Positions 27,772-35,575 of a stretch of DNA of 64,000 nt are shown in pieces. The notes under the pieces are model-generated. The model made no database searches and was not told the origin of the DNA. It saw nothing but the letters and a program-made list of their open reading frames with translations. The stretch's first letter is position 1, and the number at the start of each line of letters is the position of its first letter. Origin of the DNA: Nitrospirota bacterium (lineage in GTDB: Bacteria > Nitrospirota > Thermodesulfovibrionia > UBA6902 > DSMQ01). The position numbers and the translations under genes are program-made. The DNA lies in NCBI GenBank assembly GCA_016212185.1, contig JACRGX010000061.1, forward strand, positions 4,333 through 68,332, given 5' to 3'.

Positions 27772-28410
27772 TTATTCTGCAGGATTTGATTGCATGTCTT
27801 TCATTTTTTTTCTGAACCATCTGAGGATATCGTCATAAGACGGAGGTGTTACAAGGAATATCTCTATATCAGCCGGAAACTGCAGTTTTACACGGTCTTC
27901 ATCACGCATGATGAGCATTCCTGCCTCGCCGTCTGCAAGGTTGGTATTTATAACGCCCAAAATATGTGTCAGCCGTTTGTTTGAAAATTCCGTATAAAAC
28001 TCAAAGATTTTTGAAAAAACCTCCTGAGTCCGCACTACATTCAGGCAATTTGCCCAGTCCAGAAACGGCCCGAAGACCTCTTTGCTCTCAACCGGAAAAA
28101 GCTCAGCGCCTTCATCAACCTTTTTCTTAATAAGTCTGGCGGTCTGTTCATTAATCTCAGATAATGTTTTAAGGGCGTCATCCCCCTGAACATGTACGCT
28201 TTCGCAAAATATCTTTTTAATTTTTCCTGCCGCCTCAAGTTTTTCAGCCTGCGCCGTTGCCTCATCCCAGTATTTATTTACAAGCTCTTTATAATCCTCC
28301 GGTGCGTCTTTAACTATATATATGTTCGGCACACAATACAGTTTTCGCTTTTCTTTAAAGTTTTCAACAGCCGGTTTTTCAACCTGTCCAAGTTCAGCCA
28401 TAAAATTCAT
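27772..28410 (-). CDS. hypothetical protein
   Basis: 212 aa intact ORF with good coding periodicity. I recognise no family. Confidence 0.5.
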   Translation of the reverse strand: MNFMAELGQVEKPAVENFKEKRKLYCVPNIYIVKDAPEDYKELVNKYWDEATAQAEKLEAAGKIKKIFCESVHVQGDDALKTLSEINEQTARLIKKKVDEGAELFPVESKEVFGPFLDWANCLNVVRTQEVFSKIFEFYTEFSNKRLTHILGVINTNLADGEAGMLIMRDEDRVKLQFPADIEIFLVTPPSYDDILRWFRKKMKDMQSNPAE

Positions 28411-28437
28411 CCTCCTTTTTTGTATAATAATTCTAAC

Positions 28438-29214
28438 ATGAACGCCCTTGCTATTTTAACATCAGTGCCTTTTGAATCAAATATAATTCTCTCATGCCTG
28501 AAAAATATCCGTAAATTCAGGATGGCAGGAAAGGTTGTTTCTAAGGGCAGAATTGCAGGGCATGATATCTTACTTATGAACACAGGCATCGGGAAGGTTA
28601 ATGCCGCACACGCTGTAACTGCCCTTATTGAGCATTATCCGCTGAAGTGCGTTATCAATTCAGGCGCGGGCGGAGCTTATCCGCACTCAGTGCTTGCGGT
28701 TGGAGATATTGCAGTTGCGTCAAAGGAAATTTACGGGGATGAAGGAGTAATGTCTCCAGGCGGCTGGAAGGATTTGAGAGCAATCGGGATTCCGGTTGCG
28801 CAAGTCGGGAAGAAAAAATATTTCAATGAATTTCCATTGGACAAAAAATTTCTTAAAATAACTATAAATATTTTACGCATTACGCATCACGCATCACGTC
28901 CCTCCCCACTGCCCCCTCTCCCGATGTGTCGGGAAGGGGGGTGGGGGAGGGTGAAGTTAGGCAATTTCCTCACGCTGTCGTCTGTGACAGGCACGCATAA
29001 AAGAGCCATTGAGCTTGAAAAACGGTTTAATGCTATTTGCGAAAACATGGAAGGCGCTGCCATTGCCCATGTCTGCGCAATGTACAAGATTCCCATGCTT
29101 GAAATCAGGGGGATAAGCAATATTGCCGGCGTGCATGATAAGAGAAAGTGGAACCTAAAACTCGCCTCTGAAAATTGTCAGGATACAGTGCTGGAGATAA
29201 TTGCCGGGCTTTAG
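28438..29214 (+). CDS. mqnB: futalosine hydrolase / MTA-SAH nucleosidase family (MqnB-like)
   Basis: Nucleoside phosphorylase-I fold: ALAILTSVPFE..., GIGKVNAAHAVTALIE, VINSGAGGAY, EGAAIAHVC. The gene carries a ~90-bp in-frame GC-rich palindromic insertion. The track ORF start at 28192 is an upstream artefact. Confidence 0.65.
   Translation: MNALAILTSVPFESNIILSCLKNIRKFRMAGKVVSKGRIAGHDILLMNTGIGKVNAAHAVTALIEHYPLKCVINSGAGGAYPHSVLAVGDIAVASKEIYGDEGVMSPGGWKDLRAIGIPVAQVGKKKYFNEFPLDKKFLKITINILRITHHASRPSPLPPLPMCREGGWGRVKLGNFLTLSSVTGTHKRAIELEKRFNAICENMEGAAIAHVCAMYKIPMLEIRGISNIAGVHDKRKWNLKLASENCQDTVLEIIAGL
28872..28955. repeat. in-frame insertion: (CGCATCA) heptamers plus a GC-rich palindrome inside mqnB
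   Basis: cgcattacgcatcacgcatcacg is followed by tccctccccactgccccctctcccga-tgtg-tcgggaaggggggtgggggaggg. It is translated as RITHHASRPSPLPPLPMCREGGWGRVKLG. Confidence 0.75.
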
Positions 29215-29235
29215 CAGAACAAAGGCATGTATCCT

Positions 29236-29591
29236 TGCATGGTTATACGCAGGGACGAATACCTTCAAAATTTCAGGAAAGCAGTAAAGATTTTTCAATG
29301 TCATGCTGCAAATTTTCAAAGTTTTTCCGCAAAGCCGTTTATAAAGGCAGCATGACTTTAATGTACTGCCCTGAAATTCTTCAGGCATCCATCCCTGCTG
29401 ACCAATGCATAGAGCTGAACGCAGGTATAGGTGTCTGAAAAAGCTTTAGAGCAACACCGCAGAATGTCATGTTGCCTTTTGGAGATGTCGGTTTAAAGAG
29501 AAAACTCTAAAGTTTGCAACATGACTTGTAATTATTATCGTTGCGTTCTAAAGATTTTGAAGATATCTATACCTGCATGGTTATACGCAGG
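29236..29591. mobile_element. family-2 structured repeat, full copy 4, flanked by an 18-bp direct repeat
   Basis: The direct repeat tgcatggttatacgcagg occurs at 29236-29253 and 29574-29591. The core 29254..29573 is about 90% identical to 11644..11985. It lies between mqnB and moaA. Confidence 0.8.
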
Positions 29592-29603
29592 CATTATGCT
29601 AAA

Positions 29604-30587
29604 TCATCCCCCGATTTTTGACATGGGTCTTAATGTTTTGATGTCTATACGGCTGCTGCAGGCAATATCATGCCCTTCGGGCTTTATTTCTATGGCAAGT
29701 TTTATGAGCCGTTCAATCTCAGAGTCCGGCGCGCCGCTTCTGAGCGGCGCCTTTAAATCAATCTCTGTCTCTGAAAAAAGGCAGGGTCTGAGCTTGCCGT
29801 CGGCAGTAAGGCGGAGACGGTTGCATTCGTCACAAAACTGATGGGAGATGGCATTTATAAAGCCTACGACGCCTGCTGCGCCCTCAAACCTGAAATATCT
29901 TGCAGGCCCGGATTTTCTTATTTTTACCGGAGTAAGCGCGCCTACCTTTTCCACAATGGATTTTATCTCATTTATCGGAATATATTTTTCCGGGCTCCAT
30001 ATTTCTCTGGCGCCGATAGGCATAAATTCTATAAAACGCACCTGATAGGATTTTTTCAGTGTTAACTTTGCAAAGGCTTCTATCTCGTCGTTATTAAAGC
30101 CTCTGATTGCCACCATGTTTATTTTTACAGGGGTAAGCCCGGCATTTTCAGCGCGCTCAATTCCCCTGAGCACGTTATTAATGTCCCCGCCCCTTGTTAT
30201 TTCCCTGTATCTTTCAGGTTTAAGCGAATCAAGGCTGACATTTACCCGCCTGAGCCCGGCTCCTGCAATTTCATCCGCATATTTTTCAAGGAGCAGTCCA
30301 TTGGTTGTAAGGCTGATGTCTTCAATGCCGTCAAGGGCATGAAGCGAGGAAATAAGATAAGTGATGTTTTTCCTTGCAAGCGGCTCGCCGCCTGTGATTC
30401 TCACTTTTTTGACGCCCAGCGATGACGCAATCCTGACTATTCTTATAATCTCTTCATATGCAAGGATGTTCTTATGCGCAATGGATTTTACTCCTTCTGC
30501 GGACATACAGTAGATGCACCTGAGATTGCATCTGTCGGTGACGGATATTCTCAGGTAGTCTATGGTTCTTCCAAACGGGTCGTTCAA
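29604..30587 (-). CDS. moaA: GTP 3',8-cyclase MoaA (molybdenum cofactor biosynthesis radical SAM enzyme)
   Basis: 327 aa. The cluster is CNLRCIYC, followed by GGEPLARKN and a C-terminal FCDECNRLRLTADGKLRPCLF. Confidence 0.9.
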   Translation of the reverse strand: MNDPFGRTIDYLRISVTDRCNLRCIYCMSAEGVKSIAHKNILAYEEIIRIVRIASSLGVKKVRITGGEPLARKNITYLISSLHALDGIEDISLTTNGLLLEKYADEIAGAGLRRVNVSLDSLKPERYREITRGGDINNVLRGIERAENAGLTPVKINMVAIRGFNNDEIEAFAKLTLKKSYQVRFIEFMPIGAREIWSPEKYIPINEIKSIVEKVGALTPVKIRKSGPARYFRFEGAAGVVGFINAISHQFCDECNRLRLTADGKLRPCLFSETEIDLKAPLRSGAPDSEIERLIKLAIEIKPEGHDIACSSRIDIKTLRPMSKIGG

Positions 30588-31534
30588 TTTTTCTTCTTTT
30601 TTATAGGCTGGGGTTCGTCAATTTTTTTCTGTGCAGTTTTTGCCTCTTTTGAGTCGGGGAATTTCTCAATGAGCTTCTCAAGCGTGGTCCTTCCAATTTT
30701 ATCGTCATTAATGGCATAAAATGCAAGGCCCTCCTTAAGAAGCGCCTCCGGCACTTTATTGCTTTCAGGATTTTTTTCCAGAAGCTCTTCGTATGCAAGA
30801 ATGGCATCCCGGTATTCCTTGCTTCTGTAATAACTTTCCGCAATCCAGAAACGGGCATTGTCTGAGTATTCGTTTTCAGGGTAATCTTTGAGCATCGCTG
30901 TGAATTTTTCCCGCGCCTCTTTTATCCTGCCCGAGGAATATATTTCGTAGGCATCTGCATATGCATCTTTAACGGGTATCTTTGCTGGTTTTTCGCTTTT
31001 TACAGGTTCGGCCGGTATCTCCTCCTGTTTTAAATTTTCTGATTTTCTGGCTTCCTCCTTCTGTTTTTTGAGGGCAATGTTTTCAGATTCCAATGCGGAG
31101 ATTCTTTTTTTCAGGTCGCTCAGTGATAGTTCCAGTTCTTTTACCTGTATGAGAAGCGACTCTTTGCCGGTTGTCATATCTTTCGCAGTCTTTTCCGAAG
31201 AATATTTTGCCTCTTCAAAGCGGCCCATAAGCACCTGCACCTCGGTTGAAAGCGTCTGCATCTTCAGCATAAGGTCTGACAGCGCCTTGCCCGCAGCTTT
31301 TTGCTCATCTGCCAATTCCTGCACTTTGCCTAAAAGCTTTTCATCGCTTATAGGGATCTGGGTTTCTATTGCCTGGGATTTTTGTTTTATCTTTACAACT
31401 TCATTCCGGAGTTCATTAAGATTGTACTGGATCTTGTCCACATCCTGAGATGTGGCGCAGCCGGCGATAAAAATAAAAGCAAAAAGCAGTGAACAGTGAA
31501 CAGTGAACAGTGAACAGTATTTTTTATTTCTCAT
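30584..31534 (-). CDS. ybgF: Tol-Pal system lipoprotein YbgF/CpoB-like (coiled coil plus TPR)
   Basis: The lipoprotein signal is MRNKKYCSLFTVHCSLLFAFIFIAGC. A long coiled coil is followed by C-terminal TPRs (AYADAYEIYSSGRIKEAREKFTAMLKDYPENEYSDNARFWIAESYY). It closes the tolQRAB-pal operon. Confidence 0.7.
   Translation of the reverse strand: MRNKKYCSLFTVHCSLLFAFIFIAGCATSQDVDKIQYNLNELRNEVVKIKQKSQAIETQIPISDEKLLGKVQELADEQKAAGKALSDLMLKMQTLSTEVQVLMGRFEEAKYSSEKTAKDMTTGKESLLIQVKELELSLSDLKKRISALESENIALKKQKEEARKSENLKQEEIPAEPVKSEKPAKIPVKDAYADAYEIYSSGRIKEAREKFTAMLKDYPENEYSDNARFWIAESYYRSKEYRDAILAYEELLEKNPESNKVPEALLKEGLAFYAINDDKIGRTTLEKLIEKFPDSKEAKTAQKKIDEPQPIKKKKN
31487..31518. repeat. (CAGTGAA)x4 heptanucleotide tandem repeat inside the ybgF signal-peptide codons
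   Basis: cagtgaacagtgaacagtgaacagtgaacagt encodes LFTVHCSLFTVHC on the minus strand. Confidence 0.85.
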
Positions 31535-31565
31535 TTACCTTTTCCTATTCTTAATCTTAATTTTT

Positions 31566-31590
31566 TGCCCATCACGCATTACGCATCACG
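31566..31590. repeat. (CGCATCA)-type heptamer repeat
   Basis: catcacgcattacgcatcacgg lies in the pal-ybgF intergenic region. The same unit is inserted in mqnB at 28872. Confidence 0.6.
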
Positions 31591-31597
31591 GTCTTTC

Positions 31598-32209
31598 TCA
31601 TTTCCCGACAGCAAAATTCGCCCTCCTGTTTTTCTGGAAGCAGTCTTCTGTTTGTTCTGCGCATATAGGCTTTTCTTCGCCATAGCTTATCGTCTTTATT
31701 TTTTCCGATGCAATTCCGCTTGCGGTAAGATAGTCCCTTGCTGCATTGGCCCTTTTTTCTCCAAGTGCAAGGTTGTATTCGTTGGTTCCCCTTTCGTCGC
31801 AGTGGCCTTCTATTATTATTTTGACCCCTTTATTATTCTTCAGCCATGTCGCGGCAGAGTCCAGCGCAGGTCTTGCGTCTTCTTTTATGTCATATTTGTC
31901 AAAGTCAAAAAGAATATCTTTGAAAACAAATTCTGTTTTTACCTGTGCGGCAGACTCTTTTGACTGTATGGCGGATTCCTTAGGCTTTTGCCCCTTTCCT
32001 GACAGTTCTTCTTCAGCAATTTCCCTTTGAATCTCTGCGGGTTTTTGCAAAATTTTTTCCTCTGAAACCTCTTTCAGTCTTTCTTTCTTTTCCTCTGAGG
32101 CCTTAACAGGCTCTTCAGTCGGTTGAACCTCATATTTTTTCGCACAGCCTATTACTGTAAGCATCAGCAGGAATACAAAAAAAATTTTAATGTTTTGTTC
32201 CCATTGCAT
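31598..32209 (-). CDS. pal: peptidoglycan-associated lipoprotein Pal (OmpA-like domain)
   Basis: The lipoprotein signal is MQWEQNIKIFFVFLLMLTVIGC. The OmpA_C domain reads FDFDKYDIKEDARPALD...IIIEGHCDERGTNEYNLALGEKRANAARDYL. The track ORF extends N-terminally into MITE copy C; the start at 32209 is preferred. Confidence 0.85.
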   Translation of the reverse strand: MQWEQNIKIFFVFLLMLTVIGCAKKYEVQPTEEPVKASEEKKERLKEVSEEKILQKPAEIQREIAEEELSGKGQKPKESAIQSKESAAQVKTEFVFKDILFDFDKYDIKEDARPALDSAATWLKNNKGVKIIIEGHCDERGTNEYNLALGEKRANAARDYLTASGIASEKIKTISYGEEKPICAEQTEDCFQKNRRANFAVGK

Positions 32210-32242
32210 ATGCCGCTCCTTTCTGCTTTTAACTCGTATTAA

Positions 32243-32404
32243 ATTTTCAATACCCCATCCCGAAAGCCTTCGGGACTGTGGGGTGTCCTTATACTTCCCT
32301 CCCCCTTGACGGGGGAGGGCGAGGGTGGGGGTGATTAAAATGCTGTTTCCACCCTCCCCTTCATCCCCTCCCGTCAAGGGAGGGGAGACTTTAGGATACC
32401 CCGC
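32243..32404. mobile_element. MITE-like GC-rich palindromic dispersed element, copy C
   Basis: Near-identical to copy A over ~160 bp. It is inserted between the tolB stop and the pal start. Confidence 0.8.
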
Positions 32405-32424
32405 CGGCTCTGCGGCGGGGAGGT

Positions 32425-33684
32425 TCATTTAAGATACGGCGACCATTTGGGAGCCATTGCTTTAACTCCATTGGATGTAATTTTTCTTTCTCCAGTTTCG
32501 CCGGCACGCATTATCCACACCCCCTTTGTTCCATCCCTGTCCGAATCAAATGCTATGAACATGCCGTCAGGGGAAAATGACGGTGATTCATTATTTCCCT
32601 TCTCAGTAAGTTGACTGATTTCAAGGGTACTTAATTTTATCACAAAAATCTGATTATTCATATTCTTCCTTCCGACATAGGCAATTTCTTTTCCATCCGG
32701 AGACCATACAGGCGAGGTATTGTAATTGCCTTCAAACGTAAGCCTTCTTACGCTGCTGCCGTCTGCATTCATTATATAAATCTGGGGGCTGCCCCCCCTG
32801 TCGGATACAAAGGCAATCTTTGAGCCGTCCGGCGAGAAAACCGGCGATACATCAATGCCGAAGGACTCAGTGAGTTTTTTGGAGCCGCTTCCATCCATAT
32901 TCATAACATATATCTCAGGGCTGCCGTCTTTTGATGAAGAAAATGCAATGATATTATCAGGTGAGAAGCCTCCGACGAGATTGAGCCCTTTGGATGAAAA
33001 AAGCACTGTCTCATTGTAATTGTTAAGGTTTATGATGTAAATGCTCCATTCCTTATCCCTTTCCGAAGAATACGCCAGATACTCACTGCTATGCGACCAG
33101 TTATGGCTGAATGTAAGCCCCTTTACAACTATTTTCTGGTCGCTGTAGCCGTCAAAGTCCATCAGGTGAAGCTCTTTTTTCCCTGAAGCGTCAGTGATGT
33201 ATGCAATCCTGGTTCTGAAGACGCCATCCTGCCCGGTAATTACCTTATAGATGTTGTTGGAAATGCTGTGGGACAGCGTGCGGATAATATTTTCCCCTGC
33301 CTCATACTTTTTCCTGAGTATTTCCCTGTTTTCAATAAGGTCAAAGACTGACACATTAGCGGTGAGCACATTGTCTGCGACATTCACATCAATATTAACT
33401 GTAATCTCAGCGCCCTTAACTCCTGGCTCTAACGGGTTAAAGATTCCGGTGAAATCAAGGTCGTTTTTGACAATCTCTGTAAGTTTTTCCGCCTCTTTTG
33501 AACCGGAGAAAGCGAATGATACCGGAAGTTTTCTTAATGCCGGCGATGTTATATCAATGTAGATCTTGGCATCAGCAGAACACAGAACACAGAACACAGA
33601 ACACAGAATACAGATAAAAGATAAAAATAACACTTTGTTAGCACGTCTGGATTCTGAGATCTGCAATCTGTGCTCTATTTTCAT
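32425..33684 (-). CDS. tolB: Tol-Pal system beta-propeller protein TolB
   Basis: 419 aa. A signal peptide is followed by a TolB N-domain and repeated WSPDG/FSPDG propeller blades. Confidence 0.9.
   Translation of the reverse strand: MKIEHRLQISESRRANKVLFLSFICILCSVFCVLCSADAKIYIDITSPALRKLPVSFAFSGSKEAEKLTEIVKNDLDFTGIFNPLEPGVKGAEITVNIDVNVADNVLTANVSVFDLIENREILRKKYEAGENIIRTLSHSISNNIYKVITGQDGVFRTRIAYITDASGKKELHLMDFDGYSDQKIVVKGLTFSHNWSHSSEYLAYSSERDKEWSIYIINLNNYNETVLFSSKGLNLVGGFSPDNIIAFSSSKDGSPEIYVMNMDGSGSKKLTESFGIDVSPVFSPDGSKIAFVSDRGGSPQIYIMNADGSSVRRLTFEGNYNTSPVWSPDGKEIAYVGRKNMNNQIFVIKLSTLEISQLTEKGNNESPSFSPDGMFIAFDSDRDGTKGVWIMRAGETGERKITSNGVKAMAPKWSPYLK
33575..33612. repeat. (GTGTTCT)n / (CAGAACA)n heptanucleotide tandem repeat within the tolB signal-peptide codons
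   Basis: cagaacacagaacacagaacacagaacacagaatacag encodes ILCSVFCVLCS. Confidence 0.85.
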
Positions 33685-34373
33685 AGATAAAACCTTATCC
33701 CGATTTCCATTTCAACCGGAGGCGGTGGAAGGGGGCTTGCCTTTGAAACGGCATTAAGCGCCGAGCGGTCAAACAGGGCATTGCCTGATGACTTTTCTAT
33801 CCTTTGTGAGATTATTTTCCCGTCTCCTGAAATTTTTATTGATACCATTGTTTCAAGTCCTGAAGTTTTGATATCAGGATAAATCCACTGCTGCCAGATT
33901 CTGCGTGTGATAATGCTGTAATAAGAATCCGCATCGCCCTCTGCCCCTTCGCTGTGCACAGACGGCAAAATCCTGCCGCTGCTTTTTTTCCCCACTACCT
34001 GTACCTTGCTGCTTTTTTCCTTTAACTTTTTAAGGGCGGATAATTTTTCTATTGCACGAAGCCGCTCAATCTCTTTGGAAAATTTTTTAGCGGATTCCAG
34101 TGAAGCGTCCGGCTTGTGCTTTATTTCCGCATTTTTCTGAATCTCTTCTGCGTTAGTTTCTCCACGGTATGCCGTTTCTTCCGCAGGCTCAATTTCAAGC
34201 GGTTCAACTATATTGACAATATAGCTGCGGAATTCTTTCTGCCTTGATGCAAGCGGAACGGCTATTAAGGCAGCGAAAAGCAAGTGCAGTAATGCAGAGG
34301 CAATGACAATTTTTGAGATGTCCGGTTCTTTCCGGATGATGTAACGGTGACGGCTTAAAGTGGAGCGTCTCAT
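33681..34373 (-). CDS. tolA: TolA/TonB-family energy-transducer protein
   Basis: An N-terminal TM anchor and a Lys/Glu-rich helical linker precede a C-terminal TonB_C-like domain (ALFDRSALNAVSKASPLPPPP). The position between tolR and tolB supports TolA. Confidence 0.6.
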   Translation of the reverse strand: MRRSTLSRHRYIIRKEPDISKIVIASALLHLLFAALIAVPLASRQKEFRSYIVNIVEPLEIEPAEETAYRGETNAEEIQKNAEIKHKPDASLESAKKFSKEIERLRAIEKLSALKKLKEKSSKVQVVGKKSSGRILPSVHSEGAEGDADSYYSIITRRIWQQWIYPDIKTSGLETMVSIKISGDGKIISQRIEKSSGNALFDRSALNAVSKASPLPPPPVEMEIGIRFYL

Positions 34374-34759
34374 TTAAATAAGGTTTTTGGCTCAGTAACC
34401 ATCCCGAGCCTTTCTATCCCTATCTCTTTCAGCTCTCCCATTACTTCCACTACGAGCCCGTAAGGCACATCCTTGTCGGCTTTTAAAAAGACGTCTCTGC
34501 CGGATTTGCCTGCAAGCATTGATTTAAGTCCTTCCATGTTTACTGCCGACCTGTCAACATAAATACTGCCGTCTTTTTTGATTGTTATGACAATCCGCTC
34601 CGAGGGTGTCATCTCTTTGCCGCTTGTCTTGGGGAGGTTAACGTCCATGCCCTGCTGAAGCAGGGGGGCGGTAACCATGAAGATTACGAGCAGCACAAGC
34701 ATGACATCTACAAAAGGGGTGACGTTAATCTCAGAGAGTGCCTGTCTTTGTTTCTCCAT
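34370..34759 (-). CDS. tolR: biopolymer transport protein TolR/ExbD
   Basis: 129 aa. One TM helix and the ExbD fold (INVTPFVDVMLVLLVIFMV). Confidence 0.85.
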   Translation of the reverse strand: MEKQRQALSEINVTPFVDVMLVLLVIFMVTAPLLQQGMDVNLPKTSGKEMTPSERIVITIKKDGSIYVDRSAVNMEGLKSMLAGKSGRDVFLKADKDVPYGLVVEVMGELKEIGIERLGMVTEPKTLFK

Positions 34760-35390
34760 GATTCCTTATAAAAGAGTCTATTAATTCCTGTGAAAAGTCT
34801 TCCATGGCTATTATATTTTTGCGCACCCTGCTGAGGTAATAATTATAGGCGACTACTGCGGGAATTGCGGCTGCAAGCCCTGCGGCTGTGGCTATGAGGG
34901 ACTCAGCTATTCCCGGCGCAACAACTGCAAGCGAAGCTGAGCCGGCCCTGCCGATTCCCCTGAATGCATTCATTATTCCCCATACGGTGCCGAAGAGTCC
35001 GATAAATGGCGTAGTTGAGCCTGTTGTGGCAAGGAATGTGAGATACTTTTCAAGACGCGCCGCCTCTAAGGCCTCAATCCTTTTTAAATTTCTTTTTAAA
35101 TCGTCACGGAGTGCAGGTGCGTTCTCCTCTTCTGAATAAGCGGCGCGGAAGAGATTAACCAGCGGACTCAGCGTCATTCTTTTTGTAGACTGGTATAAGG
35201 CAGTGCGGTCTTTGCTTTTTGCGAAGGCGCGCTGGAATTCCTCTGACTCGCTTTCGAGCTTTGAAAGAAATCTGAACTTATAAAAAATAATGGCCCATGA
35301 AAATATGGAAAAGAAAAGCAAAACTAAGAGGACAATTTTTACGACAAACCCTGCCTGAAGTATGAGGTTTAGTACTGTATCGCCGCCCAT
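34731..35390 (-). CDS. tolQ: MotA/TolQ/ExbB proton channel protein TolQ
   Basis: 219 aa. Three TM helices and the conserved GLFGTVWGIMNAF motif. Confidence 0.85.
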   Translation of the reverse strand: MGGDTVLNLILQAGFVVKIVLLVLLFFSIFSWAIIFYKFRFLSKLESESEEFQRAFAKSKDRTALYQSTKRMTLSPLVNLFRAAYSEEENAPALRDDLKRNLKRIEALEAARLEKYLTFLATTGSTTPFIGLFGTVWGIMNAFRGIGRAGSASLAVVAPGIAESLIATAAGLAAAIPAVVAYNYYLSRVRKNIIAMEDFSQELIDSFIRNHGETKTGTL

Positions 35391-35575
35391 GACTATTAGA
35401 GTTTAGAAAAAAGCACTTAAAAAGTCAAAGAATTTGACACAAAGTTTTTCTTGACATAAAAATTCCCTTGTGCTAAAAATTGCACATATTTTGAAACCCA
35501 AACATATCTTAACATAACAAACTTGCTAACTCTCCCATTAAAGGCAATTTAAAAGTTTTTAACATAAAGAGCCAT

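Noticed and set aside
27772-28410. Possible GvpF/GvpL gas-vesicle protein assignment for the 212-aa hypothetical
   Set aside because: There is no convincing match to the GvpF/L N-terminal motif and no other gvp genes nearby. It is left as hypothetical.
28192-28437. 5' extension of the mqnB track ORF (MYAFAKYLFNFSCRLKFF...)
   Set aside because: The extension overlaps the convergent-strand hypothetical gene 27772..28410 and is low-complexity. The conserved nucleosidase N-terminus begins at the ATG at 28438.
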